Source: Dendrobates tinctorius | Lineage: Eukaryota | Length of the DNA stretch: 64,000 bases | Direction: 5' to 3' | NCBI RefSeq assembly: GCF_039654945.1 | Contig: NW_027361798.1 | Location: forward strand, 3,472,001 to 3,536,000 | Shown: piece after piece, positions 26,001-37,413 of the stretch | Numbering within the stretch: position 1 is the first letter of the stretch | Layout: each line of letters opens with the position of its first letter | Notes under the pieces: model-generated | The model's input: the letters and a program-made list of their open reading frames with translations, nothing else | What the model was told of the DNA's origin: nothing | The model's database searches: none | Translations under genes and position numbers: made by a program

Positions 26001-28876
26001 CTGCAGTGAGGAGGTGGTGGCAGTGATCATACAGCTCTGCAGGGAGGAGTTGGTGGCACTGATCTTACAGCTCTGCCTGGGAAGAGGTGATGGCACTGAT
26101 CATACAGCTCTGCAGGGAGGAGTTGGTGGCACTGATCATAAAGCTCTGCCTAGGAAGAGGTGATGGCACTGATCATACAGCTCTGCAGGGAGGAGGTGGT
26201 GACACTGATCATACAGCTCTGCAGGGAGGAGGTGGCACTGATCATTCAGCTCTGCAGGGAGTAGGTGGTGGCACTGATCATACAGCTCGGCAGGGAGGAG
26301 GTGATGGCATTGGTCATACAGCTCTGCAGGGAGGAGGTGGTGGCACTGATCATACAGCTCTGCAGGGAGGAGGTGGTGGCACTGATCATACAGCTCTGCA
26401 GGGAGGAGGTGGTGACACTGATCATAAAGCTCTGCAGGGAGAAGGTGGTGGCACTAATCATACAGCTCTGCAGGGAGAAGGTGGTGGCACTAATAATACA
26501 GCTCTGAAGGGAGGAGGCAATGGCACTGATCATACAGCTCTGCAGGGAGGAGGTGATTGCACTGATCATATATCTCTGCAGGGAGGAGGTGGTGCCACTG
26601 ATCATACAGCTGTGCAGGAAAGAGGTGGTGGCACTGATCATACAGCTCTGCAGGAAGGAGGTGGCACTGATTATACAGCTTTGCAGGGAGGAGGTGATGG
26701 CTCTGATCATACAGATCTGCAGGGAGAAGGTGGTGGCACTGATAATACAGCTCTGCAGGGTGGAGGTGGTGGCACTGATCATACAGCTCTGCAGGGAGGA
26801 GGTGGTGGCACTGATCATACAGCTCTGCAGGGAGGAGGTGGAGGCACTGATCATACAGCTCTGGAGTGAGGAGGTGATGGCACTGATCATACAGCTCTGC
26901 AGGAAGGAGGTGGTGGCACTGATCATACAGCTCTGCAGGGAGGAGGAGGTGGCACTGATCATACAGCTCTGCAGGGAGGAGGTGGTGGCACTGATCATAC
27001 AGCTCTGCAGGAAGGAGGTGGTGGCACTGATCATACATCTCTGGAGTGAGGAGGTGATGGCACTGATCATACAGCTCTGCAGGGAGGAGGTGGTGGCACT
27101 GATCATACAGCTCTGCAGAGAGGAGGAGGTGGCACTGATCATACAGCTCTGCAGGAAGGAGGTGGTGGCACTGATCATACAGCTCTGCAGGGAGGAGGAG
27201 GTGGCACTGATCATACAGCTCTGCAGGGAGGAGGTGGTGGCACTGATCATACAGCTCTGCAGGGAGGTGATGGTAGTGATCATACAGCTCTGCAGGGAGG
27301 AGGTGGTGGCACTGATCATACAACTCTGCAGGGAGGAGGTGGTGGCACTGATCATACAACTCTGCAGGGAGGAGGAGGTGGCACTGATCATACAGCTCTG
27401 CAGGGAGGAGGTGGTGGCACTGATCATACAGCTCTGCAGCGAGGAGGTGATGGCACTGATCATACAGCTCTGCAGGGAAAATGTGGTGGCACTGATCATA
27501 CAGCTCTGCAGGGAGGAGGTGGTGGCACTGATCATACAGCTCTGCAGGGAGGAGGTGGTGGCACTGATCATACAGCTCTGCAGGGAGGAGGTGGTGGCAC
27601 TGATCATACAGCTCTGCAGGGAGGAGGTGATGGCACTGATCATACAGCTGTGCAGGGAGGAGGTGGTGGCACTGATCATACAGCTCTGCAGGGAGGAGGT
27701 GATGGCACTGATCATACAGCTCTGCAGTGAGGAGTTGGTGGCACTGATCATACAGTTCTGCAGGGATGAGGTTGCTTTGATCATACAGCTCTGCAGGGAG
27801 GAGGCGGTGGCACTGATCATACAGCTCTGCATGAAGGAGGTGGTGGGACTGATCATACAGCTCTGCATGGAGGAGGCAATGGCACTGATCATACAGCTCT
27901 GCAGGGAGGAAGTAGTGGCAGTGATCATATATCTCTGCAGGGAGGAAGTGGTGACACTGATCATACAGCTCTGCAGGGAGGAGGTGGTGGCAGTGGTCAT
28001 ACAGCTCTGCAGGGATGAGGTGGTGGCAGTGGTCATACAACTCTGCAGGGAGGTGGTGTTGGCACTGATCATACAGCTCTGCAGGGAGGAGGTGGAGGCA
28101 CTGATCATACAGCTCTGGAGGGAGAAGGTGGTGGAACTAATCATACAGCTCTGAAGGGAGGAGGCGGTGGCACTGATCATACAGCTCTGCAGGGAGGAGG
28201 TGGTGGTACTGATCATACAGCTTTGCAGGGAGGAGGTGGTGGCACTGATCATACAGCTCTGCAGGGAGGAGGTGGTGGGACTGATCCTACAGCTCTGCAG
28301 GGAAGAGGCAATGGCACTGATCATACAGCTCTGCAGGGAGTAGGTGGTGGAACTAATCATACAGCTCTGCAGGGAGGTGATGGTAGTGATCATACAGCTC
28401 TGCAAGGAGGAGGTGGTGACACTGATCATACAGCTCTGCAGGGAGGAGGTGGTGGCACTGATCATACAGCTCTGCAGGGAGGAGGTGGTGGCACTGATCA
28501 TACAGCTCTGCAGGGAGGAGGTGGTGGCACTGATCATACAGCTCTGCAGGGTGGAGGTGGTGGCACTGATCATACAGCTCTGCAGGGAGGTGATGGTAGT
28601 GATCATACAGCTCTGCAGGGAGGAGGTGGTGGCACTGATCATACAGCTCTGCAGGGAGGTGATGGCACTGATCATACAGCTCTGCAGGGAGGAGGTGGTG
28701 GCACTGATCATACAGCTCTGCAGGGAGGTGATGGTAGTGATCATACAGCTCTGCAGGGAGGAGGTGGTGGCACTGATCATACAGCTCTGCAGGGAGGAGG
28801 TGGTGGCACTGATCATACAGCTCTGCAGGGAGGAGGTGGTGGCACTGATCATACAGCTCTGCAGTGAGGAGGTGGT
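23044..28876. repeat. Satellite A, H1-proximal block (more diverged monomers, contains a ~2.8-kb tandem duplication)
   Basis: Same monomer. Diagnostic variants repeat at 23440/26265 and 25555/28344. The block ends flush against the H1 stem-loop. Confidence 0.99.
28852..28860 (-). promoter_or_regulatory. Histone downstream element (U7 snRNA-binding site) of H1, lying in the first satellite monomer
   Basis: Minus strand AGAGCTGTA, 16 nt after the stem-loop; complementary to UACAGCUCU near the 5' end of vertebrate U7. Confidence 0.85.
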
Positions 28877-28892
28877 GGCTCTGATAAGAGCC
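28877..28892 (-). terminator. Histone 3' stem-loop of H1
   Basis: Minus strand cacaaa-GGCTCT-TATC-AGAGCC-accac, about 30 nt after the stop codon. Confidence 0.96.
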
Positions 28893-28921
28893 TTTGTGGG
28901 ATGAGGACAAGGCGGCTCCAC

Positions 28922-29557
28922 TTATTTCTTGGCCGCGGGCTTCTTTGCTTTAGCCGCTTTCTTAGCCGGACTCTTGGCAGCTTTGGGTTTTGCCGCCTTC
29001 TTAGCGGGGCCCTTCGTCACCTTCTTGGGCTTCGGAGCGGCCTTTGGCTTCTTGGGGCTCTTGTCTGCTTTTTTGGCTGCTGCGGGCTTCTTGGCTTTTT
29101 TCGGGCTCTTCTTGGCCGCGGTCGGAGCCTTCTTAGGCTTTTTCGGGGATTTGGCCGCTTTCTTGGCTGCGGGTTTCTTGGCCGCAGCCGCCGGCTTTTT
29201 CTTGTCCTTGGTCTCCTGCTTCTTGTTCAGCTTGAATGACCCGGAGGCGCCGCTGCCTTTTATCTGGAGCAGGGCGCCCTTAGTGACCAGACCCCTGACG
29301 GCCAGCTTCAGGCGGCTGTTATTCTTCTCCACATCGTACCCTCCGGCAGCCAGAGCCTTCTTCAGGGCGGCCAGAGACACCCCGCTGCGCTCCTTGGAGG
29401 CGGACACGGCTTTGACGATCAGCTCGGACACGCTGGGGCCGGAGGGCTTCTTGCTCTTCTTGGCGCTCCCTGCAGCGGATTTCTTTGGCTGCTTCTTGGA
29501 CTTGGCGGCCGGTTCGGCGGGAGGAGGAGGCGCGGCGGCTGGTGCGGTCTCTGCCAT
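28922..29557 (-). CDS. H1: Linker histone H1 (replication-dependent, 211 aa)
   Basis: MAETAPAA N-terminus, globular domain [46 protein letters not shown]...[17 protein letters not shown]-rich tail with SPKK motifs; no introns; stem-loop present. Confidence 0.99.
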   Translation of the reverse strand: MAETAPAAAPPPPAEPAAKSKKQPKKSAAGSAKKSKKPSGPSVSELIVKAVSASKERSGVSLAALKKALAAGGYDVEKNNSRLKLAVRGLVTKGALLQIKGSGASGSFKLNKKQETKDKKKPAAAAKKPAAKKAAKSPKKPKKAPTAAKKSPKKAKKPAAAKKADKSPKKPKAAPKPKKVTKGPAKKAAKPKAAKSPAKKAAKAKKPAAKK

Positions 29558-29626
29558 TGTGTAACGAAAAACTGACAGTGTTTTCCTTGCAGGAGATTAT
29601 TCTGAGGACTGAGCGGGAGCAGCCTC

Positions 29627-29757
29627 ATATATACAGTCACACTGCGCACTGATTGGCTGCCGAGCTGCGTCCTCCTGAGCTTCTATTGGCTGACACTGGA
29701 CACAGGCCCCGCACCTCCTGTCTGAGACGGGTGAAGCTCCGCTCTCCCCTTGTGCTT
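29627..29757 (-). promoter_or_regulatory. H1 promoter
   Basis: On the minus strand: TATATAT (29627-29633), two CCAAT boxes (29652-29656, 29685-29689), a GC-rich box near 29706 and an H1-box-like AAGCACA (29751-29757). Confidence 0.8.
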
Positions 29758-30014
29758 CCTTGCCCGGGATAAGCGCCCATTACCGGCCAGGACCGGGCAG
29801 CAGAGCCGCTGTCTCCGTGTCCTCCTCCTCCCTGACATCTCCCCCACATGTCTATAGAGGTCACTGGCGGAGGAGGCAGGAAGGAGCCGGGAGGAGCCCC
29901 GGGATCTGCCCGTAGTCCTGGAGCTGCTGAGAGGCCAGAAGGAGACACAGGCGTCCATCAATCCCAGTGTGTCCAGATCTCTGTATCCAGCGCCATAGGG
30001 AGCATTGCAGAGTG

Positions 30015-30620
30015 ATCAGCGCTATATGGCAGAAGACCGCACTATATGGAGGTCGGGTTTGCTGCAAGATCCGGAGTGTATTCCGCCTTGTTCGATGCTA
30101 ACAGCACCATCTGGACGGAGACAGCACTGTATGGGGGTATATGCAGCAGTCTATCCAGGAATAGAGACTATATGGAGGGCTATTAGCGCTATATGGAGGT
30201 ATACAGTACTTCTTGAAGGGTATATACCAAAACATGTGTATGGATCGGTAATTGGCTGTATACAGCACGGTGTTACAGAAGTATATGGAGATCTCCAGCA
30301 TTTACAGCCAGATAGGGCGGTATACTGCATGATATTGATTTTACAGCACTATATGGAGGTATGCAGTCCCGTATGGTGATATATAGCAGTGTATGATGTG
30401 TAAACAGCAGTATATACAGCCCTATATGGAGGTGTCAGCACTATGTTGGATTCTTCACTATTCGGGGCTGTATAGCAGTATAGAGGGCGCTTACGGCACT
30501 TTATGGAGATATACATGACTATATGGAGGTAAACGGCATTATAGTGAGGGTATTCAACCTTATCTATAGATTATACAGATTTTTCTGGAATCCTTGCTGC
30601 AGTATATGAGTATTCAGCAC
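30015..30620. repeat. Degenerate tandem repeat with core CAGCACTATATGGAGGT
   Basis: Recurrent CTATATGGAGG-like cores near 30042, 30168, 30190, 30349, 30422 and 30518; strongly diverged, boundaries approximate. Confidence 0.6.
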
Positions 30621-30812
30621 TAGATGGCAGTATACAGCATATGTGGCCTCTGTAGTGCTGTATACCGCCCAGTATGGAGTCAGCTGAGGATAAACGGGAA
30701 TTCCACACTCCCTGGTGCTGCGGCCACTGGAGACAATCAGCGCTGGGATCTCCCAATATGTACGCCGCCTGGAGTCACTGAGAATACATCCAGTAACACC
30801 GACCATGAACCT

Positions 30813-31599
30813 GCACTAATAGAGGATTATACCCACTGTGCCAGGCACTAATAGACGGTTATACCCACTGTGCCAAGCACTAATAGAGGATTATACCCAC
30901 TGTGCCAAGCACTAATAGAGGATTATACCCACTGTGCCTCCAAGCACTAATAGAGGATTATACCCACTGTGAATCACTAATAGAAGACTTTACCCACTGT
31001 GCCAGTCACTAATAGAGGATTATACCCACTGTGCCAGTCACTAATAGATGGTTATACCCACTGTGCCAAGCACTAATAGAGGATTATACCCACTGTGCCA
31101 AACACTAATAGAGGATTATACCTACTGTGCCTCCAAGCACAAATAGAGGATTATACCCACTGTGCCTCCAAGCACTAATAGAGGATTATACCCACTGTGA
31201 ATCACTAATAGAAGACTTTACCCACTGTGCCAGTCACTAATAGAGGATTATACCCACTGTGCCAGTCACTAATAGATGGTTATACCCACTGTGCCAAGCA
31301 CTAATAGAGGATTATACCCACTGTGCCAAGCACTAATAGAGGATTATACCTACTGTGCCAAACACTAATAGAGGATTATACCTACTGTGCCTCCAAGCAC
31401 AAATAGAGGATTATACCCACTGTGCCTCCAAGCACTAATAGAGGATTATACCCACTGTGAATCACTAATAGAAGACTTTACCCACTGTGCCAGTCACTAA
31501 TAGAGGATTATACCCACTGTGCCAGGCACTAATAGAGGATTATACCCACTGTGCCAGGCACTAATAGAGGATTATACCCACTATGCCAGGCACTCATAG
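30813..31599. repeat. Minisatellite B, ~32-bp unit GCACTAATAGAGGATTATACCCACTGTGCCAA
   Basis: About 24 tandem copies between the H1 and H4 promoters. Confidence 0.97.
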
Positions 31600-31755
31600 C
31601 TCTCCGGTCATGTGGAGGCGTCTGACTGTTGATGATCTCCCAGAGATTGAATTGTTTCCAGGCCGGAATCTCACATTGTCAGTAATTTCTCGTTCCTCCA
31701 GCGACGCTGACAGGACGAGGTTTGCAGAATTTTCTTGTTAGCATAATACAGAGAA

Positions 31756-31905
31756 GCGGGAAATTCAAATCACCAACTGTCCTGTGCTCAGCCAATCAGC
31801 GAGAAAGGGGAGGGGCTGAAAATGGCAATTCAGGAAAACAAACATCTCCGGTATCGCGTCATCACTGTGCAGTTCTCACTCCGGTCCGCTTAGCCTCCAT
31901 ATAAA
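31756..31905 (+). promoter_or_regulatory. H4 promoter
   Basis: GCGGGAAATTCAAA (E2F/CHR-like) at 31756-31769, CCAAT at 31792, H4-type GGTCCG element at about 31883, TATAAA at 31900-31905. Confidence 0.8.
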
Positions 31906-31951
31906 GGAGGACTCAGCGCTGACCCTTCACAGTCGTCTGAAGATTTTCTGA

Positions 31952-32275
<324 letters not shown>

Positions 32276-32307
32276 TTGTATTCTCGTCTCTGTCCTGACA
32301 ACCCAAA

Positions 32308-32323
32308 GGCTCTTCTCAGAGCC
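32308..32323 (+). terminator. Histone 3' stem-loop of H4
   Basis: cccaaa-GGCTCT-TCTC-AGAGCC-gccca, followed by purine-rich GAGAGGCTG at 32339-32347. Confidence 0.96.
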
Positions 32324-32869
32324 GCCCACATCTCACGTGAGAGGCTGCAATTCCCGCTGGGGTCTAGCGGTCGCTGCTGGTGTGATCGCCGGGACCGGCT
32401 TGTGACGTTGAGCATTGGGGGGAGACGTTCTCTCTTCTGGAGCTGATCCAGTGAGTAGTCTCAGTGTGAGGTGGGGCACAGATGATCCGGGTGTATGGGG
32501 GAATCGATCGGCCGCACAGTCACCTCCTATGATGCTGCAGTTACTACAGAGCAGAAATCCGAGTGCTGGTAATTAATGTGGTTGTGCCACGTCTCCTGCT
32601 GCTGAGATCCTGTGGGTTGTAGGATGGCTGCGAGGAGTGGAATGCGGCTGCACTGATGAATGGACGCCGGTGTGAACGCTCCTGAGCAGCGGCTCAGGAT
32701 TGGGGTATCAACAGGATACCTACATGCGATGAGAGGGGCTGTCTGTGTTTCTGCGCCACCACATGGGCAGGGAGGGACGGTGCAGGAATACAGGGTCGCT
32801 CTGCCTGTGATCAGGAGAACATCTGCCCACATCACACTTTGCGCCAATCACCGGATCTAAATCCCGGAG

Positions 32870-32975
32870 CAAATTATCATATACAGGAATATACCCACTG
32901 TGCCAACTGCTAATAGCAGGAATTATATCCACTGAGTCACCCACTAGAGAGATATATAGAGGATTATACCCACTG
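32870..32975. repeat. Minisatellite B remnant (about 3 degenerate units)
   Basis: ATACCCACTGTGCCAA and GAGGATTATACCCACTG cores. Confidence 0.7.
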
Positions 32976-33068
32976 CTCTGTCACCAGGTCCCAACTCTAC
33001 AATAACGTCATCCGAGATGTGTGGAAAGGAATCAATGACCCCAACTATGGAACCACAGCTCTGCCCCT

Positions 33069-33687
33069 AGTGCCGGCGCCTCCAACAGAGACCAGGAGGA
33101 GGTCGCTGCTCTCTATGGAGCTGCCCCGGGCTCAGTGGGTCCCTGTGATCTCGGGACTCGATGTCGCAGCCCGGGCGGCTCTCTTCCTCCGGACACACTG
33201 CGGTCCCGGCTGCGGCCTCCTCTCTCGGTGCTGCCCCTGTCTTCAGCCCCTGGAGCTCGCACCGCTGTTTGCACTTTCCGATCTATTCTGGGGTTGAGCC
33301 TTGTAACAGGGTGTATGGGCGCTATATCCGGACACAGACCCCTCTGTGCACAGTACAGAGCTCGGAGTGCTGCTGTGAGATGAAGGGAAGGTAACGGCGG
33401 CGGCCGATCAGGGGAGCGATCAGCAGCTCCGGGGAGCAGGACTCTGTGCTCTGCGGGTGCAGCTGCCCCAGACCGGACGGCTCACGTCACAGCGATCTCC
33501 GCTACTAAGCAGAGGGGCCGGGAATAATCCGAAGGACAGGAAAGGGATTGAGCGGGAAATTCAAAACCATCAACGGGTCTGTGATCAGCCAATGAGAGAA
33601 GTCCGCAGGCGCGACCAATCCCAGAGCCGGGTATGGACTCCTCCGGTTAACTCCTTAGTGACCGTGCGCTGCTCATTTCCCCCTTCT
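33069..33687 (+). repeat. ~620-bp GC-rich spacer segment, copy 1 (copy 2 at 58781-59385)
   Basis: Near-identical to 58781-59385 apart from a 12-bp indel and a few small differences. Confidence 0.93.
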
Positions 33688-33928
33688 CTGCTCTCCCCTC
33701 GGATCCCGGGAGATGCTGCTCGCGCTTCCTGGTCTGTTCTGCGGCCGGTGCTGCACAGAACCCCAGGGTGAAGAGACGCAGACATCGCCTTGTAATGGCC
33801 GCGCCCTGTGCTTCTGGTAACCAAGCAAGGCCGGGATTACCGGCTCTGTAGTGGGATCGGCGCCAACAGAGGATCCGGCTCGGTGATTGTACAGAGACTG
33901 CAGGGAGGGAAGCAGGAACAGAACCGCT

Positions 33929-35916
33929 GGATCATACCCACTGTGCCTAGCACTAATAGGGAATTATACCCACTGTGCCAAGCACTAATAGGGAATTATA
34001 CCCACTGTGCCTAGCACTAATAGAGGATTATACCCACTGTGCCAAGCACTAATAGAGGATTATACCCACTGTGCCAAGCACTAAGAGGATCATACCCACT
34101 GTGCCAAGCACTAATAGGGAATTATACCCACTGTGCCAAGCACTAATAGGGGATTATACCCACTGTGCCTAGCACTAATAGGGGATTATACCCACTGTGC
34201 CAAGCACTAATACCAGAGGATTAATTTCACTGTGCCAAGCACTAATACCAGAGGATTTTACTCACTGTTCAAAGCAGTAATAGAGGATTATACCCACTAT
34301 GCCAATTACTAATAGAGCATTATATTCACTGTGCCAGGCAATAATAGGGGAATATACCCACTGTGCCAAGGACTAATACCAGAGGATAGTACCCACTGTG
34401 AAAAAGCACTAATACAGGATTATACCCACTGTGCCAAGTACTAATAGCAGATTATACCCACTGTCTCAAGCACTGATTCCAGACGATTACATTCACTGTT
34501 CCAAGCACTACCAGAGAATTATACCCTCTGTGCCAAGCACTAATAGAGGATTTTACCCACTGTGTCAGGTACTAATAGAGACTTATACCCATTGTGCCAA
34601 GCACTAACAGCAGATGATTTTCCCACTGTGCCAAGCACTAGTAGAGGATTTTACCCACTATGCCATGCACTAATAGAGCATTATATTCACTATTCCAGGC
34701 ACCAATAGAGGATTATATACACTGTCTCAAGCACTAATACAGGATTCTGCCCACTGTGCCTAGCACTAAAAGAGGATTATACCCATTGTGTCATGCACTA
34801 AAAGAGGATTATACCCACTGTGCCAAGCACTAATAGAGGATTATACCCACTGTACAAAGCACTAATAGAGGATTATATCCATTGATCGAAGCAGTAATAG
34901 AGGATTTTTACCCACTGTGCCAAGCACTAACAGGGAATTATACCCACTGTGCCAAGCACTAATAGAGGATTATATTCACTGTGCCAAGCACTATTACCAG
35001 AGGATTTTACTCACTGTGACGAACAATAATAGAGGATTATACCCCCTGTGCCAAGCACTAACAGCAGATTATTTTACCCACTGTTCCAGGCACTAATACC
35101 AGAGGATTATATTCACTGTGCCAAGCACTAATTCCAGAGGATTTTACCCACTGTGCAAAGTACTAATGGCAGATTATAACCACTGTCTCAAGCACTAATA
35201 CCAGAGGATTTTATTCACTGTTCCAAGCACTAATAGATGATTATACCCACTATGCCAAGAACTAATAGAGCAATATATTCACTGTGCCAGGCAATAATTG
35301 GGGATTACACCCACTGTGTCAAGCACTAATTCCAGAGGATTATATTCACTGTGCCAAGGACTAATACCAGAGGATAGTACCCACTGTGCCAAGCACTAAT
35401 TCAGGGTTATATTCACTGTGCCAAGAAATAATAGAGTATTTTACCCACTGTGCTAGGAGGCACCAATAGAGGATTATACCTACTGTGAAAAGTACTAATA
35501 GCAGATTGTACCCACTGTCTCAAGCATTAATAGAAGATTATACCCACTGTGCCAAGCACTAATACCAGAGGATTATGCCCATTGTGCGAGGCACTAATAG
35601 AGGATTATACCCACTGTGCCAAGTACTAACAGCAGATTATACCCACTGTCTCCAGATGCAGGATTATACCCACTGTGCCAATCACTGATAGAGGATTATA
35701 CCCACTGTGCCATGCACTAATAGAGATATATGCCCACTGTGTCAAGCACTAATAGAGGATTATACCCATTGAGCCAAGCAGTAATAGCAGAGGATTTTTA
35801 CCCACTGTGCCAAACACTAATAGAGGATTTTATGCCCACTTTGCCAAGCACTAAAAGAGGATTATACCCATTGTGCCAAGAACTAACAGAAGATGATTTT
35901 ACACACTGTGCCAAGC
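33929..35916. repeat. Minisatellite B, main block
   Basis: Tandem 31-36-bp units, more diverged than 30813-31599; interrupted by a CR1 at 35917. Confidence 0.97.
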
Positions 35917-37413
35917 AAGGAGATAGCAGAAGAAATTTTTGAACCCCTCTCCATAATCTTTGAAAATTCTTGGAGAACAAGAGAAGTGCCAGAAGACTGG
36001 AGAAGAGCAAATGTTGTTCCTATCTTCAAAAAGGGGAAGAAGGTGGACCCAGGCAACTATAGGCCGGTGAGTCTGACTTCTATACCAGGAAAGATCTTTG
36101 AACAAATTATTAAACAACATGTATGTCAGTACCTGGATAAGAATGAAGTGATTAACCAGAGTCAGCATGGGTTTGTAACTAATAAGTCATGTCAGACTAA
36201 CTTAATTTCCTTCTATGACGGTATCACTGATTGGGTGGATCAAGGAAATGCTGTAGATATAGTGTATCTTGACTTCAGCAAAGCATTTGACAAAGTCTCT
36301 CATACAATCCTTATTGAAAAAATGACTAAGTATGAAATGGACAAGGCAACTGGTAGGTGGATTCATAACTGGCTTAGTGATCGGACCCAAAGAGTGGTCG
36401 TAAATGGCTGCACATCCAGTTGGAAGAATGTCTCAAGTGGGGTACCACAGGGCTCTGTCCTGGGCCCTGTATTGTTCAACATCTTTATCAACGATTTAGA
36501 TGAAGGAATTGAGGGTAAACTGATTAAATTTGCTGATGACACAAAGCTAGGAGGGATAGCTAATACTAGAGAAGAGAGAGAGAGGATTCAAAAAGATATA
36601 AATAAACTGGAGCAGTGGGCAGCAACTAACAGAATGGTTTTTAACAGGGAGAAATGCAAAGTACTACATCTGGGCAATAAAAACGAAAAAAGCATATATA
36701 GAATGGGAGGAATAGGGCTAAGTGACAGCACATGTGAAAAAGACTTGGGTATACTAATAGATCACAGACTGAATATGAGTCAACAGTGTGATGCAGCAGC
36801 AAAAAAGGCAAATGCAATTCTAGGATGTATTAACAGAAGCATACAGTCTAGATCACGTGAAGTCATTATTTCCCTCTACTCCTCTTTGGTCAGACCTCAT
36901 CTGGAATATTGTGTCCAGTTTTGGGCACCACATTTCAAAAAAGACATCAACAAACTGGAGCAAATTCAGAAAAGAGCGACCAGAATGGTGACCGGTCTGC
37001 AAACCCTGTCTTATGAGGAAAGGTTGCAGGATTTGGGAATGTTTAGTTTGCAAAAGAGAAGACTGAGAGGAGACTTAATAGCTGTCTACAAATATCTAAA
37101 GGGCTGTCACATTGTAGAAGGATCAACTTTATTCTCATTTGCACAAGGAAAGACTAGAAGCAATGGGATGAAACTGAATGGGAGGAGACACAGATTAGAT
37201 ATTAGAAAAAACTTTTTGACAGTTAGAGTGATCAATGAGTAGAACAGGCTGCCACGAGAAGTGGTGAGTTCTCCTTCAATGGAAGTCTTCAAACAGAGGC
37301 TGGACAGACATCTGACTGGGATGATTTAGCGAATCCTGCTTTGAGCAGGGGGTTGGACCAGATGGCCCAGGAGGTCCCTTCCAACTCTACGATTCTATGA
37401 TTCTATGATTCTA
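35917..37413 (+). mobile_element. CR1-clade LINE, second 5'-truncated copy (RT region only), inserted in minisatellite B
   Basis: Nearly identical to 21545-23040. Ends in ATTCTATG repeats. A TGG>TAG change gives a premature stop at 37240-37242. Confidence 0.97.

Noticed and set aside
1-28876. CRISPR-like array (constant ~21-bp core with variable linker)
   Set aside because: The linkers are variants of one sequence, not unique spacers; there are no cas genes and the context is vertebrate.
1-28876. Resemblance to Ig switch regions, Chi or G-quadruplex motifs (AGCT, GGTGG, GG runs)
   Set aside because: No Ig exons are nearby and only two-tier G4 potential exists. Derivation from the H1 3' end explains the sequence better.
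1-28876. Satellite as an array of U7 snRNA genes
   Set aside because: Only the 9-nt TACAGCTCT matches U7. The Sm-binding site and 3' hairpin are absent; the match is simply the reverse complement of the downstream element.
6-28921. Giant ORFs (up to 5831 aa) in several frames on both strands
   Set aside because: They are translations of a 36/33-bp satellite whose consensus lacks stops in most frames. Indels are triplet slippage in GGA/GGT, stops occur sporadically, and there is no unique domain or promoter.
28901-29564. Plus-strand ORFs antisense to H1 (and similar ones over H4, H2A, H2B and H3)
   Set aside because: Shadow ORFs caused by GC-rich, biased codon use in histone genes.
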